Source of the DNA: Actinomycetota bacterium
Lineage (GTDB): Bacteria; Actinomycetota; Acidimicrobiia; Acidimicrobiales; JAJPHD01
DNA length: 64,000 nucleotides
Direction of reading: 5' to 3'
Assembly (NCBI GenBank): GCA_021325455.1
Contig: JAJPHD010000026.1
Coordinates: 400,387-464,386 of the forward strand
The first letter of the stretch is position 1. Each line of letters starts with the position of its first letter. A program made the translations under genes and the position numbers. This document shows, piece by piece, positions 10,701 to 20,017 of this stretch. A model generated the notes under the pieces. That model saw only the letters and a program-made list of their open reading frames with translations, did no database searches and was not told the DNA's origin.

Positions 10701-11069
10701 TCCGATGGGGACATCTTCACCCACGGCTTCCAGATGCTCGGTCTGGGCCCGGTGGTGGGCACTCGTACCTGGGGGGGAGTCATAGGCATAGAGCTCACGC
10801 TGCCCCTGGTGGACGGGACGGTGACGACCCAGCCGCAATACGCCTACTGGTTCGCCGACGTGGGCTGGGGGGTCGAGAACCACGGGGCCGACCCCGACCA
10901 CGTGGTGGTCATAGGGCCCGGTGACTACGCCGCCGGGCAAGACCCCCAGCTGGAGAAGGCCATCGAGCTGGTGATGGCGGCCCTGTCCCGGCACGAGGCC
11001 CCCAGGCCGGACATGGACGACCGTCCCCGGCTCGACCTGCCCCGCCTGCCGGCGCGCGCCGGGAGGTGA
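7782..11069 (+). CDS. Tricorn protease homologue (S41B)
   Basis: About 1095 aa from ATG 7782. WD40/beta-propeller-like repeats appear (SPDGRLVAFTS, WSPDGR, PSPDGRRLA). The C-terminal catalytic region has GYVHIPDM (His) and NEWAGSDGDIF (Ser). The track ORF start at 7107 is an upstream extension. Confidence 0.85.
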   Translation: MTAPAAYLRYPAIHGDQVIFVTEDDLWTVHAEGGEARRLTADLLQVGRPALSPDGRLVAFTSEAGGQPDVYVMPAAGGEARRLTWLGEGAVLGWSPDGRIVMASAAGQAFGSLTMAYALRPDPAPGTAPEPLPYGPVGAVSYGPRGGVVIGRNTADPARWKRYRGGTAGALWVDPAGTGDWRPLLGSAGSDGQPGSDPFPGNLACPMWIGERIWFLSDHEGIGNLYSCHPDGTDLRRHTDHDEHYARWASTDGTRVVYQVAAQLWLMDPGAGEPRPLRVEVRSPRTQRRRRFVDTDHNLGGWTLDRTGERLALDVRGKLVSLGTWEGAVRQHGRAQGVRYRLARFAGDQDLVSVSDEGGEEGVEVHPLEDGPVPSRLPVPEVGRVVELVPSPDGRRLAITNHRNQLLVVDRDTTATRVLDEPGAGRPGEPAWSPDGRYLAWASPATEHARNIRLADLEDESGHVHDVTPPRFHDSCPTFDPEGRWLGFLSHRTFDPVYDNLLFDMGFPKGVRPYLVTLHAEDPSPFLVKPKPAEGGDEAKDAKEQGAPSPVRIDLDGLAGRAVPFPVPEARYEQLALIPGSKALLLSRPIEGALSGEVFATSSPPNGNIEVYDLAEGKHEDLVHDVEGFTLSTDGRRMAYATRSEDGTQHLRVLESATKPPEGSEQDPAGKASGWVDLGRVRVEVDPGAEWSQMLTEAWRLQREQFWAPDLSGVDWDRVLERYLPLVELVATRAELSDLIWEMQGELGTSHCYEIGGDYRPAPRWGVARLGADLAWDPEGQCWRVSHLVRGETWEPAEAPPLAGPGVGVGPGTAVLAVNGQPVPAEWGPGPLLTNQSGQPVELTVQDEGARSPRRVLVPTLTDERPLRYREWVEANRERVHEETAGRAGYVHIPDMMARGFAEFHRGYRNAVERDALVIDARYNQGGHVSGLLLEKLARRRIGYDVVRWGPLLPYPGDSPAGPLVLLTNEWAGSDGDIFTHGFQMLGLGPVVGTRTWGGVIGIELTLPLVDGTVTTQPQYAYWFADVGWGVENHGADPDHVVVIGPGDYAAGQDPQLEKAIELVMAALSRHEAPRPDMDDRPRLDLPRLPARAGR

Positions 11070-11073
11070 CCTG

Positions 11074-12612
11074 ATGCCTAGCGAAGAGACGACGCTCGCC
11101 CTGGAGGACAGCTTCACCGCGCCCTTGCCGGGGTCCACCCCCGTCGGGCCCGCCGACGCCGGCGAAGAGGCCACGGTGACGGTGGTGCTGGCCCCCCGTC
11201 AGCCCTTCCCCGAGCCTGGCCAGCCCGTAGCCGGCGCCAGCGCCGAGGAGGTGGAGGCCGCCTACGGGGCCGACCCGGCCGCCATCGACGCCTGGGAGGC
11301 CTTCGCCGCCCGGGCCGGGTTGCGCGTGGTGGAGCGCAGCGTCCCTCGCCGGCGGGTGGTCCTGGCGGGGAGAGCCGGTGACCTGGCCCGGGCCTTCGGG
11401 GTGGAGCTCACCCGCTATGACCACCCGGCGGGGCCCTACCGGGCTCCGGGCGGTCCCGTCCGGGTGCCCTCCACCCTGGCCGGCCAGGTGGTGGCGGTGC
11501 TGGGCCTGGACACCCGGCCCGTGGCCCGCCCCCACGTGAGGCTGGCCGCCGCCCCTCAGGTCTCCTACACGCCGCCGCAGCTGGCCTCCCTCTACCAGTT
11601 CCCCAAGCCACCCGCCTCCCCTTCGGGCTGGGTGGGGGTCATCGAGCTGGGCGGCGGGTACCGCCAATCGGACCTCACGGCCTACTTCTCGGGTCTGGGG
11701 CTCACCGCCCCAGCAGTGGAGGCGATAGGAGTGGACGGGGCCACCAACTCCCCCACCGGCTCCACCTCCGGGCCCGACCCCGAGGTGGCGCTCGACATCG
11801 AGGTGGTGGGCGCCCTGGTGCCCGGCATCTCCATCGCCGTGTACTTCGCCCCCAACACCGAGCAGGGGTTCGTGGATGCCGTCACGGCCGCCGTGCACGA
11901 CGCCACCCGCAGGCCGGCCGTGGTCTCCATCAGCTGGGGCGGCCCCGAGTCCTCCTGGACCTCCCAGGGGCTGGCCGCCCTCAACCAGGCCTGCCAGGCC
12001 GCCGGCCCCCTCGGCGTCACCATCTGCGTGGCAGCGGGGGACAGCGGGTCCAGCGACGGCGTCAACGACGGGCTGGCCCACGTCGACTTCCCGGCCTCCA
12101 GCCCTTACGTGCTGGGTTGCGGTGGGACCACCCTGGTGGCCTCGGGCGGCACCATCAGCTCCGAGGTGGTGTGGAACGACGGGGGAGGAGAGGCCACCGG
12201 GGGAGGCGTGAGCGCCCTGTTCCCCCTGCCCTCGTGGCAGGACCAGGCCGGGGTCCCCCCCTCGGCCAACCCGGGAGGGGGGACGGGAAGGGGCGTGCCC
12301 GACGTGTCGGGCGATGCCGACCCCGCCACGGGATACCAGATCAGGGTCGACGGGGAGGACCTGGTCGTGGGCGGGACCAGCGCCGTGGCGCCCCTGTGGG
12401 CGGGCCTGGTCACCCTGCTCAACCAGGCCCGGAGCACTCCCCTCGGTTTCCTGAACCCGACCCTCTACCAGGCCCTGGGGCCGGGCGGCGACCTGCGGGA
12501 CATCACCTCGGGCAGCAACGGCACCTACCAGGCCGGCCCCGGCTGGGACGCCTGCACGGGCTGGGGGAGCCCCGACGGGGCCCTCATGGCGCCGGCCCTG
12601 GGGGAGGGCTAG
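11074..12612 (+). CDS. S53 sedolisin / kumamolisin-like serine-carboxyl peptidase with N-terminal pro-domain
   Basis: Motifs are [10 protein letters not shown] (Glu/Asp), AAGDSGS and [12 protein letters not shown] (Ser). A pro-kumamolisin-like N-terminus is present and no signal peptide is visible. The ATG lies 5 nt after the tricorn stop. Confidence 0.85.
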   Translation: MPSEETTLALEDSFTAPLPGSTPVGPADAGEEATVTVVLAPRQPFPEPGQPVAGASAEEVEAAYGADPAAIDAWEAFAARAGLRVVERSVPRRRVVLAGRAGDLARAFGVELTRYDHPAGPYRAPGGPVRVPSTLAGQVVAVLGLDTRPVARPHVRLAAAPQVSYTPPQLASLYQFPKPPASPSGWVGVIELGGGYRQSDLTAYFSGLGLTAPAVEAIGVDGATNSPTGSTSGPDPEVALDIEVVGALVPGISIAVYFAPNTEQGFVDAVTAAVHDATRRPAVVSISWGGPESSWTSQGLAALNQACQAAGPLGVTICVAAGDSGSSDGVNDGLAHVDFPASSPYVLGCGGTTLVASGGTISSEVVWNDGGGEATGGGVSALFPLPSWQDQAGVPPSANPGGGTGRGVPDVSGDADPATGYQIRVDGEDLVVGGTSAVAPLWAGLVTLLNQARSTPLGFLNPTLYQALGPGGDLRDITSGSNGTYQAGPGWDACTGWGSPDGALMAPALGEG

Positions 12613-14189
12613 GGAATGAGCTCGTAGGCGGGCAGGGTCAGGAACTCCACGAAGTCGTCGGCCAGCGCCACCTGCTCGAGGAGGGAGCGGGCCTTGCCGA
12701 AGCGACCGGGGTCCCCTCCCAACTTGGCCACCTCCTCGTCCAGGACCGAGCGCACCAGCTCCGGCGTCATGGCCGGCCCCCCCTCGAGACGGGCCGAGTT
12801 GTGCACCCACTGCCAGACCTGGGAGCGGGCGATCTCCGCCGTGGCGGCGTCCTCCATCAGGTTGAAGATGGCCACCGCCCCCTGGCCCCGCAGCCAGGAC
12901 TCCAGGTACTGGAGGGCCACGCTCAAGTCGTTGCGCAGGCCCTCCTCGGTGATCTGGCCCGGGGTCCGGGAGATGGCCAGCAGGTCGGCGGCCGACACCG
13001 AGACCTCCTCCCGCAGACGCTCGATCTGGTTGTCCCTGGACCCGAGCACCCTGTCGAACTCGGCCCGGCACACCTCGACCAGGTCGGGGTGGGCGACCCA
13101 GGAGCCGTCGAAGCCGTCGCCGGCCTCCCTCGCCTTGTCCTCGGCCACCTTGGCCAGGGCCCGCTCGTTCACCTCCCTGTCCCGGCGGGACGGGATGAAG
13201 GCGGCCATGCCGCCGATGGCATGGGCCCCGCGACGGTGGCAGGTGCGCACCAGGAGCTCGGTGTAGGCCCGCATGAAGGGCACGGTCATGGTTACCGAGT
13301 TGCGGTCGGGGAGGAGGAAGTCCTGGCCCCGGGAGCGGAACTTCTTGATGATGGAGAACATGTAGTCCCACCGGCCGGCGTTGAGGCCGGCCGAGTGGTC
13401 ACGCAGCTCGTAGAGGATCTCCTCCATCTCGAAGGCGGCCGGGATGGTCTCCACCAGGACCGTGGCCCGGATGGTCCCCCGGGGGATGCCCAGCCGGTCC
13501 TGCCCCCAGCAGAAGGCGTCGTTCCACAGGCGGGCCTCCAGGTGGCTCTCCAGCTTGGGCAGGTAGAAGTAGGGCCTGCTGCCCCGCTCCAGCAGGCGCC
13601 GGGCGCAATGGAACAGGTAGAGGCCGAAGTCGAACAGCGACGCCGACACCGCCGGGCCGTCCACCAGCAGGTGCTTCTCGTCCAGGTGCCATCCCCGGGG
13701 CCTCACCATGAGCACCGCAGGCTCCTCCACCAGGCGGTACTGCCTTCCCTCGGGGCCGACGAAGCCGATGCGCCTGTCTATGGCCGCCATGAGGTTGGAC
13801 TGCCCGTCCACCATGTTGGCAAAGGTGGGCGTGTTGGCGTCCTCGAAGTCCGCCATGTGGACGTTGGCCCCCGAGTTGAGGGCGTTGATCATCATCTTGG
13901 CGTCGGTGGGCCCGGTTATCTCCACCCGCCGGTTGCGCAGGTCGGCCGGCGGCTCGGCCACCCGCCACTCCCCTTCCCGGACTCCGGCGGTGGCAGGGAG
14001 GAAGTCGAGCGTCCCCCCGGCGGAGAGGTGCTGCTGGCGCTCGGCACGGGCACGCAAGAGGTCGGCCCGGCGAGACCCGAACTCCCTCTGCAGGCCGGCC
14101 ACGAAGCCCAGGGCCTCGTCCGTGAGCACCTCCTCTGCCCCCGCCGGCGCAGCGCCGGACGGGAGCCGCACCTCCACGCCTTGCACCAT
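12609..14189 (-). CDS. aceB: Malate synthase A
   Basis: Segments [37 protein letters not shown] and [19 protein letters not shown] are typical of the A-type enzyme (about 526 aa). Confidence 0.9.
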   Translation of the reverse strand: MVQGVEVRLPSGAAPAGAEEVLTDEALGFVAGLQREFGSRRADLLRARAERQQHLSAGGTLDFLPATAGVREGEWRVAEPPADLRNRRVEITGPTDAKMMINALNSGANVHMADFEDANTPTFANMVDGQSNLMAAIDRRIGFVGPEGRQYRLVEEPAVLMVRPRGWHLDEKHLLVDGPAVSASLFDFGLYLFHCARRLLERGSRPYFYLPKLESHLEARLWNDAFCWGQDRLGIPRGTIRATVLVETIPAAFEMEEILYELRDHSAGLNAGRWDYMFSIIKKFRSRGQDFLLPDRNSVTMTVPFMRAYTELLVRTCHRRGAHAIGGMAAFIPSRRDREVNERALAKVAEDKAREAGDGFDGSWVAHPDLVEVCRAEFDRVLGSRDNQIERLREEVSVSAADLLAISRTPGQITEEGLRNDLSVALQYLESWLRGQGAVAIFNLMEDAATAEIARSQVWQWVHNSARLEGGPAMTPELVRSVLDEEVAKLGGDPGRFGKARSLLEQVALADDFVEFLTLPAYELIP

Positions 14190-14243
14190 GGGCCCAGCGT
14201 AGGTGGTCCGGAGGTAGGGGCCCCTTTGGTCGTCCTATCCGGC

Positions 14244-15632
14244 TCAGGAGAGGGCGGGCTGGCGGGCGGCGGCTACCCAGGCGTCGTAGCCGCCCACCAG
14301 GTCGGACACCGAGGCGAAACCGCGCGCACCCAGGGCGCTGGCCGCCATCGACGAGCGGTACCCGCTGGCGCAGTAGACCACCGTGGGCCGGCGGGGGTCC
14401 AGCTCGCCCACCCTCCCGAGCAGCTGGGCCATGGGGATGTTGACGGCGCCGGGGATGGAGCCCGTCTCGGCCACCTCTCCCGGGTCGCGCACATCCACCA
14501 CCACCGGGGCGTCTGGCTCCCTCAGGGCCTCGGCCAACTGGCGGGGGGTGAGGCGGCAGGCCCTCTCCACCACCCCGGGAAAGGCGGCCAACGTGCCCGC
14601 CGGGTCCGCCAGGTGCCCCACGACCCGGTCGAAGCCGATCCGGCCCAGGCGGACCCGGGCTTCCCGCTCCCGCCCGAAGGGGCACACGAGGATCACTTCC
14701 TGGTCGGGCTCCAGGAGGTCGCCGGCGTACTCGGCGAACCGGCCCTCCAGGCCCACATTGACCGAGCCCCGCAGGTGGCCGGCGGCGAAGGCCTGGGGGC
14801 TGCGGGTGTCGAGCACCACCGCCCCCGCCTCCTGCCGGGCCAGGACCTCGCCCAGGTTCATGGCCACCGGTGCCTCCGTGTCCTCGAGCAGGGGGCGCCG
14901 CTCGCGGTTGCGGTGGGCGTCGTAACCGAAGTAGAGGGGCGCCACCCTCTGGCCCTCGGTCACCATGGCCACGAACTCGGCCTCGGTCATGGGTGCCAGG
15001 GCGGGGTTGGTGAGGCGCTCCCTCCCGATGGTCGAGGACGTCTCCCGGGAGGAGCTGCGGCCGCAGGCCGATCCTGCCCCGTGGGCGGGGAACACCCGGG
15101 TGGTGTCCGGGAGGGTCAAGAGCTTGTCCCGCAGCGACCGGTAGAGGGCCCGGGCCATCTCCTCGGAGCTGGCGCCCTGGGCGGCCAGGAGGTCGGGCCG
15201 ACCCACGTCGCCCACGAAGAGGGTGTCGCCGGTGAGGACCCCCCAGGGCTGCGCCTCGCCCTCCCGGCGCACCACCAGGCAGATGGACTCGGGGGTGTGG
15301 CCGGGGGTGGCCAGCACCTCCAGGCTCACCCCTCCCAGGTCGATCCGCTCGCCGTCGGCCAGCCACCGGATGGGGAAGTCGGCCTCGGCGCCCTCCCCGT
15401 AGCAGATGTCGGCTCCCGTGCGCGCCGCCAGCTCCAGGTGACCCGAGACGAAGTCGGCATGGAAATGGGACTCGATCACGTGCTCGATGTGCAGGCCCTC
15501 GGCCTCGGCATCGGCCAGGTAGCAGGACACATCGCGCTGGGGGTCCACGACCACCGCCCTCCGGCTGCGGGCGTCGCCCACCAGGTAGGAGGCATGCGAC
15601 AGGCAAGCTAGGTAGTACTGGCGGAAGATCAC
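14244..15632 (-). CDS. MBL-fold persulfide-dioxygenase-like domain fused to two rhodanese domains
   Basis: The metal motif is SHFHADFVSG. The two rhodanese loops are VCPFGRER and YCASGYRS. The preferred start is GTG 15632, preceded by GGAGGGAGG; the track start is 15677. Confidence 0.85.
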   Translation of the reverse strand: MIFRQYYLACLSHASYLVGDARSRRAVVVDPQRDVSCYLADAEAEGLHIEHVIESHFHADFVSGHLELAARTGADICYGEGAEADFPIRWLADGERIDLGGVSLEVLATPGHTPESICLVVRREGEAQPWGVLTGDTLFVGDVGRPDLLAAQGASSEEMARALYRSLRDKLLTLPDTTRVFPAHGAGSACGRSSSRETSSTIGRERLTNPALAPMTEAEFVAMVTEGQRVAPLYFGYDAHRNRERRPLLEDTEAPVAMNLGEVLARQEAGAVVLDTRSPQAFAAGHLRGSVNVGLEGRFAEYAGDLLEPDQEVILVCPFGREREARVRLGRIGFDRVVGHLADPAGTLAAFPGVVERACRLTPRQLAEALREPDAPVVVDVRDPGEVAETGSIPGAVNIPMAQLLGRVGELDPRRPTVVYCASGYRSSMAASALGARGFASVSDLVGGYDAWVAAARQPALS

Positions 15633-15754
15633 CGATCCTGCCTCCCTCCGGCGCTGCCCCTCACCATAGGGTGCCACCGGGCCCCCGACAATAGGGGTTG
15701 TGCGGGCCTCGCCGTAGCCTGTCGGGCGTGGAAGGTGACGAGGAGGGCCGCACG

Positions 15755-16279
15755 GTGCTGCGCTACGAGAACCCTTTCGTCGCCCCCCCGGAGGCCAGGG
15801 ACCCGGCCCGCCGGCTGCGGGGCCGCCTACCGGCCCCGGTCACGGTGTGGACCTCCGGAGGAGGGGGCGGCCCGGTGGGGCTCACGGTGTCCTCGATCCT
15901 GGTCGCCGAGGGGGAGCCGGCCCAGGTCCTGGGCCTTATCGGGCCCCTCAGCGACCTCTGGGAGGGGTTGGAGAGCACGGGGTCCTTCGTCGTCCACGTG
16001 CTGGGTGAGGATGACCGGGCCCTGGCCGACCGCTTCTCGGGGGCCCGTCCCGGCCTGGGCGGGCCCTTCGGGGGCCTGACGCCCGCCAGCACCCCCTACG
16101 GGCCCCTCCTGCCCGGTGCCTTCACCTGGGCGGGCTGCCGGCTGGCCGGAGCCTCGGATGCCGGCCACCACCTCCTGGTCCGGGGCACCATCGAGGAGGT
16201 CCACCTGGAAGCCAAGGGCCACCCCGGCCCCTTGGTCCACCTGGGTGGCCGCTACCGGCGCCTGGCCAGGGAGCGCTGA
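15755..16279 (+). CDS. Flavin reductase-like (FMN-binding split-barrel) protein
   Basis: Segments VTVWTSGG..GLTVSSILVAEGEP and GSFVVHVLGEDDRALADRFSG support the call. The preferred start is GTG 15755 after GAGGAGGG; the track start is 15698. Confidence 0.7.
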   Translation: MLRYENPFVAPPEARDPARRLRGRLPAPVTVWTSGGGGGPVGLTVSSILVAEGEPAQVLGLIGPLSDLWEGLESTGSFVVHVLGEDDRALADRFSGARPGLGGPFGGLTPASTPYGPLLPGAFTWAGCRLAGASDAGHHLLVRGTIEEVHLEAKGHPGPLVHLGGRYRRLARER

Positions 16280-16657
16280 GCCTGCGCTCATCCCGCGGAG
16301 CTGGCCACCGGCATGCCGGCGCTTCCGACCCGCCCGCCCGGGCCCGTCGCTGCCGGCACAGCCGGTGACCAAGCCAGCAATGGCGACGCGGCAGATGGCC
16401 GCGGCGCCCGTAGCCAGCGATGGAGAACCTCATGGACTGCCTCCCCCAGGCCCCGCCGTGCCTCAACCTCCTGGGTCACTTGGGGCAGTCGAATCACTAC
16501 TTATGGTGCGTCAGGCGCCACTCTGCCCCAACGGGGGCGGCTGCGCAAGCGCCCCTGCGCCCGCTTGTCATCCCGGGAGGAGGGGGGCGCTAGGGTGGCC
16601 GCCCGTGCCGGCGACGGGCCGGCAGAGGCCGAGGAGGACCAGCTGCCCGCAGGATCG

Positions 16658-17548
16658 ATGCCCATGATGGCCAAGGTGGGGATCTGGACGGGCCAGCTCG
16701 ACTACGTGCCGGCCTCGGAGGTGCGCGCCGCCTCGGCCCAGGTCGAGGATCTCGGCTACCGGGCCCTGTGGACCGGTGAGGCGGTGGGCCGCGAGGTGTT
16801 CGGCGCCGCCCACCTGCTCCTCGGGGCGACCGAGCAGCTGGTGGTGGCCACGGGCATCGCCAACATATGGGCCAGGGATGCCCTGGCCATGGTGGCGGCC
16901 GAAGCCACCCTGGCCGAGGCCTACCCAGGGCGCTTCATCCTGGGGATCGGGGCCAGCCATGCTCCCCTGGTGGCCCAGAGGGGCCAGGACTACCGCCGGC
17001 CCCTGTCCCACATGGGCACCTACCTCGAGCACATGGAGCAGGCCCGCTCCCTCTACCGGGCCGTCCCTCCTGCGTCGCCTGCTCCGCTGGTCCTTGCCGC
17101 TCTGGGGCCCCGGATGCTGGACCTGGCCCGGGACGGGGCCGACGGAGCCCATACCTACTTCGTGCCCCCGCCCCACACCGAGGCGGCCCGCTCCCGCCTG
17201 GGCCCGGCCAAGCTGCTGGTCCCCGAGCAGGCTGCCGTGCTGGAGACCGATCCCACCCGGGCCCGGGAGGTGGCCCGGCGGCACACGGCCGCCTACCTCC
17301 GCCTCCCCAACTACCGGGCCAACCTGGCCCGCCTGGGCTACGGCGAGGACGACCTGGAGGTACCGGGCAGCGACCGCCTGGTCGATGACATCGTGGCCTG
17401 GGGCGGGGAGGAGGTGATCGTGGACCGGGTGAGGGCCCACCTGGATGCCGGTGCCGACCACGTGGCCCTCCAGGTCCTCTCGCCCGAACCCCGTGGCCTG
17501 CCCCTGGCCCAATGGCGGGCGCTGGCCCCGGCCCTCCTCTCGCTATAG
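16658..17548 (+). CDS. LLM-class (luciferase-like) F420-dependent oxidoreductase
   Basis: Segments GIWTGQLD, GYRALWTGEAVGREVF, FILGIGASH and LRLPNYRANLARLGY support the call. The real start is ATG 16658; the upstream 115 codons of the track ORF are low complexity. Confidence 0.8.
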   Translation: MPMMAKVGIWTGQLDYVPASEVRAASAQVEDLGYRALWTGEAVGREVFGAAHLLLGATEQLVVATGIANIWARDALAMVAAEATLAEAYPGRFILGIGASHAPLVAQRGQDYRRPLSHMGTYLEHMEQARSLYRAVPPASPAPLVLAALGPRMLDLARDGADGAHTYFVPPPHTEAARSRLGPAKLLVPEQAAVLETDPTRAREVARRHTAAYLRLPNYRANLARLGYGEDDLEVPGSDRLVDDIVAWGGEEVIVDRVRAHLDAGADHVALQVLSPEPRGLPLAQWRALAPALLSL

Positions 17549-17564
17549 CCGGGCCGGCCTGGCC

Positions 17565-18356
17565 GTGAGGGAGCAGCGGCTCGTCTTCGGCGAGGTGGCC
17601 GAGCTCTACGACCGGGCCCGCCCCTCCTACCCCGAAGAGCTGATCGAGGTCGTCCTCTCCTACTGCACCTCCGGAGGGGTGAGCCCCGGGCGGGTGCTCG
17701 AGGTGGGCGCCGGGACCGGTAAGGCGACCGGCGCCCTGGCCCGCCGGGGCCTCGAGATCGTGGCCCTCGAGCCCGATCCCGCCATGGCCGCCGTGGCCCG
17801 GCGCCGTTGCCTGCCCTACCCGGGGGTACGCCTCGAGGAGACCTCCTTCGAGGACTGGGACCCTCCGGCAAGGCCCTTCTCCCTGGTCCTCTCCGCCCAG
17901 GCCTGGCACTGGGTGGACCGTGAGGTCCGCTGCGCCAAGGCCGGGGCGGTCCTCGAGCCCGGAGGCGTGCTGGCCCTCCTCTGGCACCGCCTCCGCTGGG
18001 AGGGGGAGCCCATGCATGACGACCTGGCCGACCTCTACCGCCGTCTGGAGCCGCACCTGTACGAGAGGGCCGGCTTCCCGGGCCTGGGGATCGCTCGCAG
18101 TGGACAGGGGGCCCTGGAGGAGATCGAGGCCAGCCCCCTCTTCACCGAGCCCACCGTGGCCTCGCACCGGTGGCGCACGGCCCTCGGCCCCCGCGAATTC
18201 ACGGACCTCCTCCTCACCCAGTCCGACCACCGCCTCCTACCCGATGACAGGAGGACCAGGCTGCTGGACGCCGTCGCTGCCATCGTGGCCGGGCAGGAGG
18301 GAGCCAAGATCGAGGTTCCCTACGAGACATACGCGGTGATGGCCCGCCGGCGTTGA
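17565..18356 (+). CDS. Class I SAM-dependent methyltransferase
   Basis: Motif I is VLEVGAGTGKAT, followed by LEPDPAM and LEPGGVLALLW. The GTG start is at 17565. Confidence 0.8.
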   Translation: MREQRLVFGEVAELYDRARPSYPEELIEVVLSYCTSGGVSPGRVLEVGAGTGKATGALARRGLEIVALEPDPAMAAVARRRCLPYPGVRLEETSFEDWDPPARPFSLVLSAQAWHWVDREVRCAKAGAVLEPGGVLALLWHRLRWEGEPMHDDLADLYRRLEPHLYERAGFPGLGIARSGQGALEEIEASPLFTEPTVASHRWRTALGPREFTDLLLTQSDHRLLPDDRRTRLLDAVAAIVAGQEGAKIEVPYETYAVMARRR

Positions 18357-18579
18357 GCCGCTTGCTCCCGCGCGCTCCCAGGCCGAAGAGCTCCGTGGCT
18401 GATCCCGGCGGCAGTGAGACGAGGGACCCGAACGCGCCCGAGCGCGAGGTGGTCGTCTGGAGACGAAGAGCCATTCTGGGGGCGATAGCCATAGGTCGCT
18501 CGGTTCGTCTCGGACGCGATCGACACGAACTGCCAACCTGTGAAGCTGCGGGCACTAGCGCGCGCCCGGCGCTTACCGC

Positions 18580-18870
18580 CTACCCCGCCGGGGAGTCGGC
18601 GGCGGCGTCCGGTTGCAGGGCCCCGAGCAGATCGAGGAGTCGGAGGATGCTGTCCGACCGGATCGAGTAGCAGATTTGGGTGCCGCGACGGCGCGTCTGC
18701 ACTAGGCGGGCCTCGCGTAGCACCTTCAGGTGCTGGCTGATGGTCGGTTGGGACACGGAGAACAGGTCGGTGAAGTCACAAGCGCACGTCTCGGGTTCCC
18801 GGGCGAGACGGCGAAGGACGCCTAGTCGGACCGGATGCGCCAGTGCCCGCAGCATCACGATGTCGGTCAC
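18580..18870 (-). CDS. ArsR/SmtB-family metalloregulator with no linked resistance gene
   Basis: Segments LRALAHPVRLGVLRRL, ETCACDF (alpha3 CxC metal site) and SQPTISQHLKVLREARLV support the call. Confidence 0.85.
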   Translation of the reverse strand: MTDIVMLRALAHPVRLGVLRRLAREPETCACDFTDLFSVSQPTISQHLKVLREARLVQTRRRGTQICYSIRSDSILRLLDLLGALQPDAAADSPAG

Positions 18871-18961
18871 GGCGTCCTTCGTCCCGTCATGGCCCGCTTA
18901 GGTCGTGCCTCGAGGCCAGCGACCCCGTCGTATCGGGGCTGGTGTGCTTTGACGGGGTCAG

Positions 18962-19035
18962 CGCCCCCGGGAGGATTCGAACCTCCGACCCGCTGCTTAG
19001 AAGGCAGCCGCTCTATCCAGCTGAGCTACAGGGGC
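18962..19035 (-). tRNA. tRNA-Arg (anticodon TCT)
   Basis: Hand-folded cloverleaf: acceptor GCCCCTG/CGGGGGC, D arm GCTC-AGCTGGATA-GAGC, anticodon arm GCTGC-CTTCTAA-GCAGC, T arm GGAGG-TTCGAAT-CCTCC. CCA is not encoded. Confidence 0.9.
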
Positions 19036-19283
19036 AACGACATATAGCCTCTGACCTGCTACTTTGCCAGCGTCCAGGCTGATCACGTCCTTACACACGG
19101 CTCATGCAGCAGGTAACTTTGCCCGATCGATGCTATAGGCAGCCGCTGTATTAGGGACGCTGGGCAGCATGTCGGGAACAACGGTCCCAAACCTAGGCTC
19201 CCGGCTCCCCGAGGGCTGGGTGTCAATGGCCAAGTTGATGTCCTCGCTGGTGGCCAACAAGAAGTCCTCGCCCCTCGGGGCAG

Positions 19284-20017
19284 CTAGGGCTTCTTGGGGC
19301 GGGGTCCACCTCCTCTCTGGCGGGCTTCGCGCATCCGGTAGCTCTCTCCGTCGGTGACGATGACGTGGGCGTGGTGGAGGAGATAGTCGATGAGCGATCC
19401 GGCGGTGGTGTGCTCCGGTAGGAACCGGCCCCACTGGTCGAAGGGCCAGTGGCTGGCGACACCGAGGGAGCGCCGTTCGTAGGCGGCGGCGACGAAGCGG
19501 AACAGCAGCTGCGCCCCGGTGTCATCCAGGGGGGCGAACCCGAGCTCGTCAACGATCACGTAGTCGGCCCGCAGGATCGACTCGATGACCCGCCGACGCT
19601 GTTGTCTGCCAGACCGCGATAGAGCGTCTCGACGAGCTCGACGGCGGAGAAGTAGCGCACCCGGTGGCCGGCGTCGACGGCGGCGTGGCCGAGGGCGACG
19701 AGTAGGTGGCTCTTGCCGGTGCCGGCCGGGCCGACGAGCACGGGGCACTCGGCTGCTCGGATCCACTCGAGGGAGGCGAGGTAGTCGAAGGTGGGCCGGG
19801 CCACGCAGGATGCGGCGACGTCGAAGTCCTCGAGGGTCTTGCGGACCGGGAAGTTGGCGGCCCGCAGCCGGGCCCGGGCGTTGGAGGCGTCGCGCGCCGC
19901 GATCGCGGCGTCGATCAGGGTGCGCAGCAGCTCCTCTGGCGCCCAGGGTTGGGTTTTGGCAGTGACGAGCACCTCGGGGGCCATCCGGCGGACGGCGGCG
20001 AGCTTCAGGCGGCGCAA
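19284..20017 (-). pseudogene. istB: istB (IS21 ATP-binding helper), frameshifted
   Basis: The N-terminal frame carries Walker A LVGPAGTGKSHL and ends at ADNSVGGSSS*. The C-terminal part VIESILRADYVIVDELGFAPLD...DRLLHH-like continues in another frame. The shift lies near 19590-19600 at a GGCGGG run. Confidence 0.75.

Noticed and set aside
12117-15611. Very long ORFs in the track. Examples: 12117-15611 plus strand (1164 aa), 10909-13371 minus (820 aa), 36356-39253 plus (965 aa), 13399-15606 minus (735 aa), 31651-33360 minus (569 aa), 40198-41886 plus (562 aa).
   Set aside because: They run antisense or out of frame to genes with clear catalytic motifs. Their translations are Arg/Gly/Pro/His-rich low complexity. 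Stop-poor alternative frames are expected in very GC-rich DNA. I treat them as artefacts, not overlapping genes.
16280-16657. In the 378-bp gap before the LLM oxidoreductase, the minus strand has GGGGGAGG-N6-ATG followed by a lipoprotein-like signal (MRFSIAG...AAAICRVAIAGLVTGCAGSDG).
   Set aside because: The signal peptide is only obtained by joining two frames. Every frame then runs antisense into the flavin reductase gene with a low-complexity translation. At best this is a dead remnant of a lipoprotein gene start.
18320-18526. 68-aa minus-strand ORF in the lower-GC gap downstream of ArsR.
   Set aside because: Codon third-position bias is poor. The ORF overlaps the 3' end of the convergent methyltransferase. 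No motifs are visible.
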